A stretch of 57,229 nt of DNA from a virus, in IMG/VR virus record IMGVR_UViG_3300031933_000210; one strand, written 5' to 3'. The notes under the pieces are model-generated. The model was not told where the DNA came from. It worked only from the letters and a program-made list of their open reading frames with translations, and did not search any database. Position numbers and translations under genes: made by a program. This document shows, one piece after another, positions 7,784-17,600 of this stretch. Positions within the stretch are counted from its first letter, which is position 1, and each line of letters opens with the position of its first letter.

Positions 7784-8902
7784 TCAAGGGACGGCAACCA
7801 CCAGCGGCACGCCAGTACCCAAGTAGCTGGATGCACCTGCAAACAGAGTCTTGTGCGCGGCGGACCAGACCAGTGAGGTGTAAGCGGCTGTGCTGCCGCC
7901 CCCTACTCGCTCCTCCACCGACTTGCCGTCACGACTCACGAGACCCTGGCGTTTACCGTCTCCGGCATTCCCCACGCCAACGAAAGCGGAGAGCTCGTCG
8001 ATCCAAAGCATGTTTCCACCGGACCCTCCGCTCGGGATTGTGAGCTTCGTCCAGGTGCCGAGAGTTTCGGTGTCGCAGTAATACGCCTCGCCTGCGTGTG
8101 TGGAGATGAGAGCGCGACCTAGCGCGGGAGACCATGCGATATCCGCAAGAGTGGTGCTGGCGGCAGTGATCGACGCAGCTACCGTCCAGACTTGGGCATC
8201 AGGGCTGGTGATTACTTCGAGAGCGCCGCTCGCGTATCGCATGGCCACCAGCAGGCCCAGCTGCTCGATCCAGCGCATCCGGAAGATGCCGGAACCGGTA
8301 CCTCCAGCAACGGTATCCCAGTTCACACCGTCAGAGCTGTAGGCATAGCCATAGTCGGCATTGCCATTGGTTTGAATGCCGGCCACAAACTTCCCGATGC
8401 CTTCCGCCCAGACCAGAGCGCCGTCCGATACGTAGAACGTGGTCATGGTCCCGGCGGTCCAGGTCTCACCATCGCTGCTAGAGGTGTAGGGCACAGCGAG
8501 ATTGCTCGCCGAACCATCGTCATAGACGGACGCCATCGCGACGCCTTTGCCGAGACTGTCAGACCAAGCCACTGCCGTGAACTGCGTTCCGGTGCCAATG
8601 ATCTCCTTCCGGTCGAAGCCGCTTGTGGTCTTGATCAGGCCGTAGCCGACACCGATAACGGCATCGATCGACTCGGCAGCTGCCAGGAAGCCGCGCGGCG
8701 GCCCGTTGAACGAGATGTCGGTCCAGTCGGTCCGGTAGAAACGCACCTCTGGACCAGCACCTTGCTTGACCCAATCAGCCACCGAGGCGGTACCTTTTGC
8801 CAGGTATTGATCGCCCGTACTGGTATCGGTGTAGTGAGCACCAATGCTCGGCGGCGCGGATGTCGGAGCCCCCGGGCCAGAGGCGGTGTGTTGAACAGGC
8901 AT
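7784..8902 (-). CDS. tail fibre/receptor-binding candidate, beta-propeller-like (Asp-box-like SSDG..W repeats)
   Basis: SSSDGETW, SSDGVNW, SPDAQVW and SRDGKSV recur at roughly regular spacing. Position is in the distal tail module. Confidence 0.5.
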   Translation of the reverse strand: MPVQHTASGPGAPTSAPPSIGAHYTDTSTGDQYLAKGTASVADWVKQGAGPEVRFYRTDWTDISFNGPPRGFLAAAESIDAVIGVGYGLIKTTSGFDRKEIIGTGTQFTAVAWSDSLGKGVAMASVYDDGSASNLAVPYTSSSDGETWTAGTMTTFYVSDGALVWAEGIGKFVAGIQTNGNADYGYAYSSDGVNWDTVAGGTGSGIFRMRWIEQLGLLVAMRYASGALEVITSPDAQVWTVAASITAASTTLADIAWSPALGRALISTHAGEAYYCDTETLGTWTKLTIPSGGSGGNMLWIDELSAFVGVGNAGDGKRQGLVSRDGKSVEERVGGGSTAAYTSLVWSAAHKTLFAGASSYLGTGVPLVVAVP

Positions 8903-8978
8903 CGTGTTTCTCCTTTCTACGGGGTTGGCAGTCCGGGGGCCGAACTGGGCGTTGCTACTTCGATTTAGGGGTCATCGC

Positions 8979-10586
8979 TCAGGCGGCGATGAGCTGTGCA
9001 CCATCGGTGTCGACCAGGTCTGTTCCACCACTGTCGACCAAACGCATGTCTTGCCCTTCCAGCGGCACGCCATTGGCATCCACCAGCACGTCACCTGCGG
9101 CATCCACCAAGGTGATGGGACTCAGCGAACCAGGCGCGGACAGTGCTGTACCGTTAGCGTCAGTCAGGACATTGCCTTGGGCATCGACCAGCAGAAACTC
9201 GTCTGAGACATCGCCACCTTCCAGCGCCTTGACTCGCAGCTTCAGCGCGGCGATCTCTGCCGCAAGCGCGTCGTAATCCTCTCTGCTCGGCCGCGCTTCC
9301 AGCTCGACGATCCGTGAGGTCAAATTTGCGTTCTTGTTCTTGAGTAGAACCACCTCCCCGTTCGTGATGTTTAGCGACTGGGCGAGGCCATCGATGCTCG
9401 TGACCAATGTGGCGATCTGGCCGGCGAAGTCCGGCGCATCAGTGACCGCGACCCATGGCACGCCATAGCCCGTGTACTTCCGAGCGGAGCTGTAACGAGG
9501 TAGAACCAGTGGGTTGGGCCGAAGCTGGTCATTGGTCAAGAACCCGCGCACCAGGGTGCCGGCCGGCCACTGCTTAGCGACCGTACCCTCCTCGCCGCGC
9601 CGAAGCTCAAGCTGATTGAAGTCGTTGGCCACCAAGGCGCAGACCTCAAAATCGCTGGAGTCGGTGGGGGCGACCAGCGTCACCCGTCCTTCTTCGAAGG
9701 GTCCGGGTACCGAGAATTTCGCAGCGTCGTCCCCTAGCGTCAGCAGGGTGTCTTCAGCCGCCAGCCCGTAGCCTGCGGAAATTGCAGAACGCGCGTTGTT
9801 TTCCGGAAGCAGAATCCCATCCGATGACTGCCCGAGTTCCATCAGGCGGGACCAACCGAACAGCTCGGCGAGCGTCACCTGCCGCGAGAAGGTGCATAGA
9901 TTGGAGAACACGACAACGAAATTGCGCTCGCGGGACCAGCTGCCGAATGGGTAGGCATACCCGATGGTCGTGGTAACCGGGGCACCGCAAAACCCAGGTA
10001 GCAACGGGGCGCCAACCTGGTCTATGTCCTCCATGATCGGAGTGCGCCCTGGGGTCAGGAGGATGACCCTCGCACCGGTTGGGGTGCTTTGGATGCAGGC
10101 GTACACCGTCAGCACCATGTCCGCCGGACCGAGGTCATGTGTGATGTTCACGGGACCGATATCGGGAAAGTAGTGAGTTATCACCGCCTGCATTCCCGAC
10201 GTGCTCGATCGTTGTACGCTGACGCTGATCTCGCGCAGATCGCCACCTTCGGAAACACCGTCGGTATACAGAACTGATAGGAGCGTGCGTCGCGGGGTGC
10301 CGGCCTGAGCTGACTGGGGGTAGACCGTGAACTGCCCGAATACTGAGAACTGATCGTCTAAGCGAGTGTCGGCAGGGGTGTAGAGGTAGGCGTTCACGTC
10401 CAGGTAGCCGCCGTCAGGCTCCCATGGCGTTGGGAACCCAGGCTGCTGACCGAGCGAACCGGATGCCGCCAGCTCCACCCCTTCACCGACTGCATTCGCG
10501 AGGGCACCCTGGTCGTAGCGCCAGTGGTTCGTGGCCCCGGCCTGAATCGCGCGGTGCATCATGGGCTTTGTCATTAGCTGGGCCAT
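8979..10586 (-). CDS. tail fibre protein
   Basis: Coiled-coil segment (IVELEARPSREDYDALAAEIAALKLRVKALEG) followed by C-terminal VD..G..L.D..G repeats. Confidence 0.6.
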   Translation of the reverse strand: MAQLMTKPMMHRAIQAGATNHWRYDQGALANAVGEGVELAASGSLGQQPGFPTPWEPDGGYLDVNAYLYTPADTRLDDQFSVFGQFTVYPQSAQAGTPRRTLLSVLYTDGVSEGGDLREISVSVQRSSTSGMQAVITHYFPDIGPVNITHDLGPADMVLTVYACIQSTPTGARVILLTPGRTPIMEDIDQVGAPLLPGFCGAPVTTTIGYAYPFGSWSRERNFVVVFSNLCTFSRQVTLAELFGWSRLMELGQSSDGILLPENNARSAISAGYGLAAEDTLLTLGDDAAKFSVPGPFEEGRVTLVAPTDSSDFEVCALVANDFNQLELRRGEEGTVAKQWPAGTLVRGFLTNDQLRPNPLVLPRYSSARKYTGYGVPWVAVTDAPDFAGQIATLVTSIDGLAQSLNITNGEVVLLKNKNANLTSRIVELEARPSREDYDALAAEIAALKLRVKALEGGDVSDEFLLVDAQGNVLTDANGTALSAPGSLSPITLVDAAGDVLVDANGVPLEGQDMRLVDSGGTDLVDTDGAQLIAA

Positions 10587-10693
10587 CTACCGGCTCCGCA
10601 GTTGATTCTTTGGTTGGATTTTCCACCGTTAGTAGAATCGCAGCAAGCTGAAACGGGATCGACCGATTCGTGCACTCAACGCTATGGGGGCAC

Positions 10694-12118
10694 TCAGGAA
10701 GCTATGAAATCAAGGAAGTCCCCTCGTACCACGTAGGTGCTTGGGCCGCTGTAGGTTCGCTTCGGACCTGAGCTGCCAGCGTGCACAGCTGTATACAGGG
10801 TTGGCCCCGGCATCCCTGAGTCATATCGAGCTTGCAGATCGGCTTCCGAGAGCTCGAAATCGATTAGCGTGACCTCTTGACCGTCCAGCTCGGCGCTAAG
10901 CGCTGAGCCCAATGGAGTGTCCTTGACCCAGATTGCGCCAAGGCTGTGACCGGTCCCAATCCTCACCGAAGTAGAGCTTTCGGCCGCAAACCCACTTCCG
11001 CTCCAGCTCTGCCCCATCGCGCCCAAACTTTGTGTAGGGGTACGGTTTGCGATACCGGCATTGGGTGAGCCAGCCCCGTTCACTGGTCCATTCAGCGGGT
11101 CCACCGCGTAACCATTGGTCTTGATGGACAATTTTTTGACCGCGACGAGCAAGTCACCGGCCGAGGCGCTGATGTCTACCGTGAGAACCACGAAGGCGAA
11201 CGACTTGAGTACCGCTTGGCTATTTGCCCGATACGAATCGAGGGTTAGCCCGAGCTCCAGCATGACGGTTGGGTCAGGCTCAGCACCCGTCCCTTCGAGA
11301 GCTCCGGGGACAGCATTGCCGCGCGACTCGTAGGTATACGCCGCCCCCAGCACGTCATAGGACGGCGGCAAGGCGATCTGATCAAGTAGCGATTGCTGGA
11401 TCGCCCCGTAGACCTCGCGGTACGTGTCGCTGACGACGGTAGGTGCACCGTCGTTCTGCCAGTAGCCGTTTACCACCTTCTGATTCTGAGTTTCTTCATA
11501 GAAGTAGGCTTTGCTCACCGGAACGACCTGGTCGGTGACCTGAGTCCACGAAGCATTCGCTGTCACCTGAATCACGCGAGCGGAGTAGTCAGGCGGTGTG
11601 TCCCCATCCACCACCGCTACTACGGTCCCTCCACCGTAATAGAACCCGATCAGGCCGGGAACTCGCGCCCCGCCAGCCCCGATCAGATCATAGGAGACGG
11701 CCATGGTTTGAGCTGGCACCACATTGACCGTGTAGGTCCAGAACGCCCCGGCCGTGGGTGCATCGTTATTGAAGTCGGTCAGTAGGTCGCATGTCCGGTG
11801 GCCAACAGCAGGAGGAGCTAACTCGACAGTCTCCTCGCTCACGTCATAAAGGTTGGATGTTTGCCGGACAATTCCCGCGTTTGGTTGGGTGTAGTGTTTG
11901 AGCTGCAGGACCCTTGATGTATCTGTCGCAGCCTCAACCGTGACTTCGCTCGCATAAAACACATTGAGTGCCTGCCCTGACTGACTGTCCCAGCGACTGA
12001 ACACATACTGGTTCAACGTCACCGGTAGAGACGGTGAACCCAGTCGGGGAAATAGGGGAAATAGTGGTGCCTTGGTGATCGAGACAATGAACCGGAACGG
12101 TCCTTCGACGATACCCAT
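10694..12118 (-). CDS. hypothetical tail/baseplate protein
   Basis: About 474 aa. Start overlaps the upstream stop (TGATG). Confidence 0.6.
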   Translation of the reverse strand: MGIVEGPFRFIVSITKAPLFPLFPRLGSPSLPVTLNQYVFSRWDSQSGQALNVFYASEVTVEAATDTSRVLQLKHYTQPNAGIVRQTSNLYDVSEETVELAPPAVGHRTCDLLTDFNNDAPTAGAFWTYTVNVVPAQTMAVSYDLIGAGGARVPGLIGFYYGGGTVVAVVDGDTPPDYSARVIQVTANASWTQVTDQVVPVSKAYFYEETQNQKVVNGYWQNDGAPTVVSDTYREVYGAIQQSLLDQIALPPSYDVLGAAYTYESRGNAVPGALEGTGAEPDPTVMLELGLTLDSYRANSQAVLKSFAFVVLTVDISASAGDLLVAVKKLSIKTNGYAVDPLNGPVNGAGSPNAGIANRTPTQSLGAMGQSWSGSGFAAESSTSVRIGTGHSLGAIWVKDTPLGSALSAELDGQEVTLIDFELSEADLQARYDSGMPGPTLYTAVHAGSSGPKRTYSGPSTYVVRGDFLDFIAS

Positions 12119-13281
12119 CACTGGACCTCGGTGTTATCGAACGCCAGGGTTACCAGCTCACCGGTTCCGTCGAGATCAAACGTGACCTTCTCAATCCGCT
12201 TGATCCCCACTCCATCCACGTCGATGTCGGTCATCTCACGGGACACCTCGCGCCAGATTGCAGGTTCAGCATCAGGATCAGTGACTTCGACCCTCCCCCG
12301 CTGCTGCGAGAAAAAGTCCCCGATGATCTCGCCGAAAGTGGCGAACGTACCGACCTTGTCCGGGCTCAGACTCAGATTGATCGACGCCACGCCGTTGGCA
12401 TCGCAGTTGAACACCCCGCTGACCGACGGTCCGTACTGAAGGCCAAATTTCACGGCACCGGTACCTGCCACCGCATTGATATTGCGGAAGGTCATGGTCA
12501 CCTGCAGCTCGGCGTCCTTCTCGACTTTCGCGCCGTGGCTCATGCTGAGCATTTCGTAGCGAGCAGCTGGCGGCGGCGCGTTCACCGGCTCCTGCCCAGC
12601 ATTCAGCCCGCCGCCGCAATTCACGCCAGCGACCTGGCCGGTGTCGAACTCCAACATCTCGTAGGGCACGAGCGTCGAGGCGGTCTCTCCACCTTGGAAT
12701 GCGATCACCTGCACCTCGAAGTTTTCGCCCGTCGGGACGACCGTCAGCTCGATAACCCGGTACTCGGTCTGATAGGTTGCGGCCACGCGGGCGAACAGCT
12801 TCCGATCGCAAGTGATGACACCAGCGCCGCGGTAGACAAGCTGAGGGTCTTCGACTTCCGCCCCGGTCTCGTCATAGGCTCGGCCGATGATGGTGATCGC
12901 AGACGGGTCGCCGACGCTCTCAAGCTGAACCTGGTCGGAACCGGCGAACACTACGATCTCATCGACCGCCTCCTGCACCCGGTGTAATGGGCGAACCGCG
13001 CCGTAGTTGCAGCGGAGCACCGCGGCATCAGCCGGATATAGCCGCAGCTTACGAATGGGCCAAGCCAGCTGGTCATGGTGATGAAGCAGTTCGTCCCGGG
13101 CGCGCTCCTCTGCTTCGGTCAGAGTGCGTTCCGGCACCACGTAGCACCCAGCGTTGATGTTGTCTTGCGTCCTCTCCGCAGCGGCCACTTCCGATGGAAG
13201 CAGGTTGTCCTCCTTCACATACTGAAGCCGAAGCGGCCCAGCTGGAGCCGCAAAGCCGGCGTTGAGGCTGGTTTGAATCAT
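12118..13281 (-). CDS. hypothetical tail/baseplate protein
   Basis: 387 aa, translationally coupled. Confidence 0.6.
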   Translation of the reverse strand: MIQTSLNAGFAAPAGPLRLQYVKEDNLLPSEVAAAERTQDNINAGCYVVPERTLTEAEERARDELLHHHDQLAWPIRKLRLYPADAAVLRCNYGAVRPLHRVQEAVDEIVVFAGSDQVQLESVGDPSAITIIGRAYDETGAEVEDPQLVYRGAGVITCDRKLFARVAATYQTEYRVIELTVVPTGENFEVQVIAFQGGETASTLVPYEMLEFDTGQVAGVNCGGGLNAGQEPVNAPPPAARYEMLSMSHGAKVEKDAELQVTMTFRNINAVAGTGAVKFGLQYGPSVSGVFNCDANGVASINLSLSPDKVGTFATFGEIIGDFFSQQRGRVEVTDPDAEPAIWREVSREMTDIDVDGVGIKRIEKVTFDLDGTGELVTLAFDNTEVQ

Positions 13282-14264
13282 GCGCTCTCGCCGTCCAGCC
13301 CAACGATGACCCGGTTACCGGAGATGGCCGACGCCCCGGCCGGGACGATCTGCCTGTACCAAAGTGGGATGGCCGCGGGCGAAGTCGTGAATGTGACCGT
13401 GTCGCCGGCTGCGAACGTACCGGTGAAGAAACCCGCCGGGATCGAGAAGTACGGACGACCTGGGAACGCGGGGTTGATGGGTGAGGTGGTCCCTCCGACG
13501 TTCCCTGAGCCGATATTACCGGCGGTGTCCCCTACGATGTTGAACGCAGTCGCCGAGGTAAACGTCAGCGTCCAGTCCTGCTCTACAGTGCCAACACTAT
13601 CCCCGGCGATCGCCCCACTGACACCGCCGGCTGCGGAGGTCGCCTGCGGGCTGGAAACCGCGGTCTCCACGTCACCCGCGAGGTACACCGACGCCACCAT
13701 ACCCGCTGCCGACGTGTAGCCGTGGTCGAGAGGTGCATCCAGGGTAAGCGTCGCGATATCGCCCGCGTATGTCACCTCCGTCGCGATCCGGAACTCCTCG
13801 TTACCGGCGGCCGACACGCCCGACTTGTCAGTGATCCGAATCGTGTCGCCAGATCGAATGCAGTTCAGCGCGGCGCCTTCAGTCAGAACCGCCACGGTCA
13901 CCGCTCCAGCCGCCACGTTGGCGTTCAGCCGTCCACCCCCGTACAGCCGCTCGCTACCGGTGATCGCCGCCTGGGTGTCGCGCTGGGTGCCCGGGAAGAA
14001 GGTAACGCTGTCCTCGCCCGGCGTCGGCAGCTGCAGGAACACCCGGGCATTGGCCAGCGCGATGTTCTCGCCGTTTGCCACCTTGATGAACATCTTCCGG
14101 TAGCGGGTCATGCCGGCGTTCCGCTCGGCCAGCGTGATGTCGGGCAGGATGTTGTTCTTGATGCCGCTGGGCGATTGCACGTTGCTCATGCGCCCGCCGT
14201 TCGCCGCAGCGTCTGCCACGGTCAGCGACTTGTACCACTTGATGTCAGACGGGGTGATGGGCAT
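13278..14264 (-). CDS. hypothetical virion protein
   Basis: 328 aa, downstream of the tape measure. Confidence 0.6.
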   Translation of the reverse strand: MPITPSDIKWYKSLTVADAAANGGRMSNVQSPSGIKNNILPDITLAERNAGMTRYRKMFIKVANGENIALANARVFLQLPTPGEDSVTFFPGTQRDTQAAITGSERLYGGGRLNANVAAGAVTVAVLTEGAALNCIRSGDTIRITDKSGVSAAGNEEFRIATEVTYAGDIATLTLDAPLDHGYTSAAGMVASVYLAGDVETAVSSPQATSAAGGVSGAIAGDSVGTVEQDWTLTFTSATAFNIVGDTAGNIGSGNVGGTTSPINPAFPGRPYFSIPAGFFTGTFAAGDTVTFTTSPAAIPLWYRQIVPAGASAISGNRVIVGLDGESA

Positions 14265-14274
14265 CTGCCTCTCC

Positions 14275-14661
14275 TTAAACGGTCATCAGCTTGATCGTGG
14301 CTGTGAAGTAGTCAGTCAACTGTTGGTTGAAACGCGGGACGAACGGCTCCGCTGAGAATGCCGGCGGCTCGTGGTGCCGGAATACAACCTGGCGCACGAC
14401 CCCGTTTATCTCCAGCTCGAACACGGCGCCTGCAAGGGCAGCGAGCTCGCCAATCTGTTCCACCATCGCCCCGGTCAGCCAGCCGCGATCGCGCTGGGAA
14501 ACAAGAGTGATGCTCTCCCCGGCCACCAGCGACTGGCTGTAGGTTACGGGGGTCCCTCCGAGCGTGATGATCACTGATTGGGCCACTTTCTGCGACCGGA
14601 ATCTGTCCTCCCAGACCATCTGGGCGTTGAGCGTCACGCCCCCCAACTTCAGCGTATTCAC
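14275..14661 (-). CDS. minor tail protein (distal tail candidate)
   Basis: 128 aa, immediately after the tape measure. Confidence 0.55.
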   Translation of the reverse strand: MNTLKLGGVTLNAQMVWEDRFRSQKVAQSVIITLGGTPVTYSQSLVAGESITLVSQRDRGWLTGAMVEQIGELAALAGAVFELEINGVVRQVVFRHHEPPAFSAEPFVPRFNQQLTDYFTATIKLMTV

Positions 14662-14664
14662 GGC

Positions 14665-17600
14665 TTACCCTCCGGTCTGGCGTGCGATTTCGTGTAGCGA
14701 ATCGACGAGGTTCTGCACGCTCGATCGGCTGCCAGACAGCCGGCCGGTCTCACGTCCGTTGATGGTCAGGTTGACCGACATGGAGTCACCACCTTCGGCA
14801 GCACCGCCCCTTCCGCCCCCCATTGCACCAGCGAGCCGGTCAGGGTTGAGCGTGCCGGCGTTCAGCTGGTCGAGGAAGCCGGTGCCGTACTTGCGCACAG
14901 CCATGGCCCGGACGATGTACTCGCGGTTGCTCACGGCAGCCAGGATGCTGTCGCTGGTGCCAGTGCCGGGGCCGCGGATCAGGCCGCCAGGCGAACCGCC
15001 CGAGGCGAAGCCGGGAACCTTGATCACACCGCCGTTGGCACGGGACACCGGCTTGCCGGAGGCGACGTACTGAACCGGCACGATGATCGGCTGGGCAATC
15101 TGTGCCCGGGCACGATCGGCCGCCGTGGTGTCCGGGTCAAACGCAACCGGGGCTTCGGTGACATCGCTGGCATACCGGCGAATGATGGCGTCCACCTCTT
15201 CCGTTTCCGCTTGGAACTGGGTGGACACGACGAAGCTCTGCTCCGACAGCTGGCGCTTCACGTCCTCGCTGAGCTGCTGGAACTCGGCATAGGTCTTGGC
15301 GCTGTCGAAGGCCAGCTGCATCTTCGGGAAGTCGCCTTCCACGATCTGCTTGGCCCGGGCAACGGCAGCCTGCAGGTCGGACCCCGAGAACTCCACCTGA
15401 GCGGTGGCCACGATCTTCTGGTTCTGGATTTCGTTGACCTTGATCTTGTAGGCCCCGTCCTCCATGAACACGCCGACCCGCACCTGGCTGCCATCCTTCG
15501 AGAGGACATCGCTGTCGAACTTGGCCACGTAGTCGCGGGTATCAGCGCTGACCGGCACGCCCACCTTACTGCCGAAGGCGACCCCCTTCATATCGGCGAT
15601 CGTGCGATCCAGGTCCGACTTCGCCTTGGCCTCGTCGACCGTGAGCGGGATGTCGATCTCCTCGGCACCCGATACCCGAGCCAGCGTCTTGTTCAGCTTC
15701 TCCAGGGTGGAGGTCAGATTTTCATAGAGCCGCTTCTGCTCCTCGGCTTCAGCCTTCTCGATTTCCTTGCGCTTCTGCAGGACGCTGATCAGGTTCTCGT
15801 TGGCCTTCTGCGTGCCGGCTACAGCATTGCGGGCAGCCTGCTCCTTGGTGACGACAATCTTCTCGCCGTTCTTCACTTCCTGGTTCAGCGACTGAGCCAA
15901 GCTCATTTGCCGCTGCGCGAGGGCTTCTGCGACCTCGTAGTTGCCGCGTGCGATCTCTTCCTGAATCCGCCCGTTGAGCTTGCTCATCTCTTGAGCACGG
16001 GACTGGTAGGCAAGGTGATCGGCCATCGCGCCACGGCGGATATCGGCGACCTGGAATTCACCCTGCAGGCGGATGTCAGCAATCCGGCGATCGAGGTCGG
16101 CCACCCGCTGCAATGCCGACATGTACCGACCCAGGGCCTGCTCACGCGCCGAGGAGACCGCCTGCACCTCTTGCTGGACGATCTGGATGCGCGCCTTCGA
16201 AGCGTTGTCCTCGATCTTCTTCAGCTCCTCAGCCCGGGCGGCATCGTCGAGCTTCTTCGTGTCCAGAATCTGCTTACGCCGCTCGGTGTCCTGCCGCACC
16301 AGCTCCAGTTGCTTCGAGGAGAACTGACGGACGATGTCCAGCCGCTGGGATTCGAACTGAGTCGTGGCCGAGAGTAGCTGCTGCTCGTCAGCACCGCTCA
16401 GCGTCAGGGCTGCCATCTTGGCGTTGTGGACTCTCTCCAGAGCGATGATGGAGTTGTCGAAGTTCATCTGCGCCACGGCATCGAGACGCTGCTTCAGCGC
16501 GTCAGCTTTGGCGCCGGCATCCTCGGAAGCCGCTGCCACCTGACCCACGGCGTCGGCCGTACCTTTCACCGCTGCTGCCCGGGCTTGTTCCAGGACCGCG
16601 CTCTGCTCTACCGCAGCCATCAGTTGGCGCTCTTCGGAGTTCAGCTGGGCGATGAGCTGTAGGTTCTTTTCCTTGCCCTTCAGTTCCTCAGCAGTCCGGG
16701 TCGCACCGACGACCTTCATCCGGGCAATCAGCAGGTCCTGATAGGCGTCGATCTCCTTATCGGTCATGCCGATCAGCTCTTCGGTCGAGCGGATCACCGC
16801 CTGGTCGATCCCGAGCTGTTCCTTGCCGCCGGCCGCACGTACCTTGTTCAGCTCAGCGAGCGCTTCAGCCTGCTGCCGGTCCGCCTTGGCTTGTTGCTGA
16901 GCCTGCCGGTTCTTCAGCCCTTCGAGCTTCTGGTTGGCCTGATATGCGTCGTAGGCGGCGTCAGCGATCAGGTAGATTTCGGCCGCAATGAGTCCATACA
17001 GACCGCCATACGCAGCGCCCCTGCCGAGCACGGTGAGCATCCCGCTCAGCCCGCCGCCGGCAGCAGCGGAAGCCGCCTTCAGCGCGACGAGCCCCTTCTC
17101 CACTGAACCGAGCGTGCCATACAGCCCTTTCGCGGCCTTGCTGATGCTGATGAAGCTGGCTGCCAGGCTACCGGCAACCTTGATGCCCAGCATGGCGCCG
17201 AGCAGCATGACGACCGCATCGATGTTGTCGACCAGCACGATGCCCAGCTTGATCAGCTCGCCGAGGTAGTGCCCGAGCTTCTTGAAGCCCTCCTGGACTG
17301 CTGGATCATTCAAGGCTTCGGTCAGATGCTCGACACCCTCGCTCAGTTCATCGAGGAAACCGGACTTCGCGATGGCCAGCTGGGTCTCGAACACGGCGTT
17401 CTGCAGGCGAGCGATTTTCGCCGAAGCGGAGACCACTGCGTCCGCCAGTGCCGGCGCAACGCGCTTACCCATCTCCTGCGAGAACTCGTAGAGCTTGTCG
17501 CTGGTGAGCTGCCCCTGCTCCATCATCTTGGCGAGTTCGGCGGTGCCGATGCCGAGTGCCTTGGCCATGATCTGCACAGCACCCGGGAAGCGGTCGCCGA

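Noticed and set aside
8979-9220. Diversity-generating retroelement targeting the tail-fibre C-terminal repeats
   Set aside because: There is no reverse transcriptase gene and no template-repeat copy of the region anywhere in the genome.
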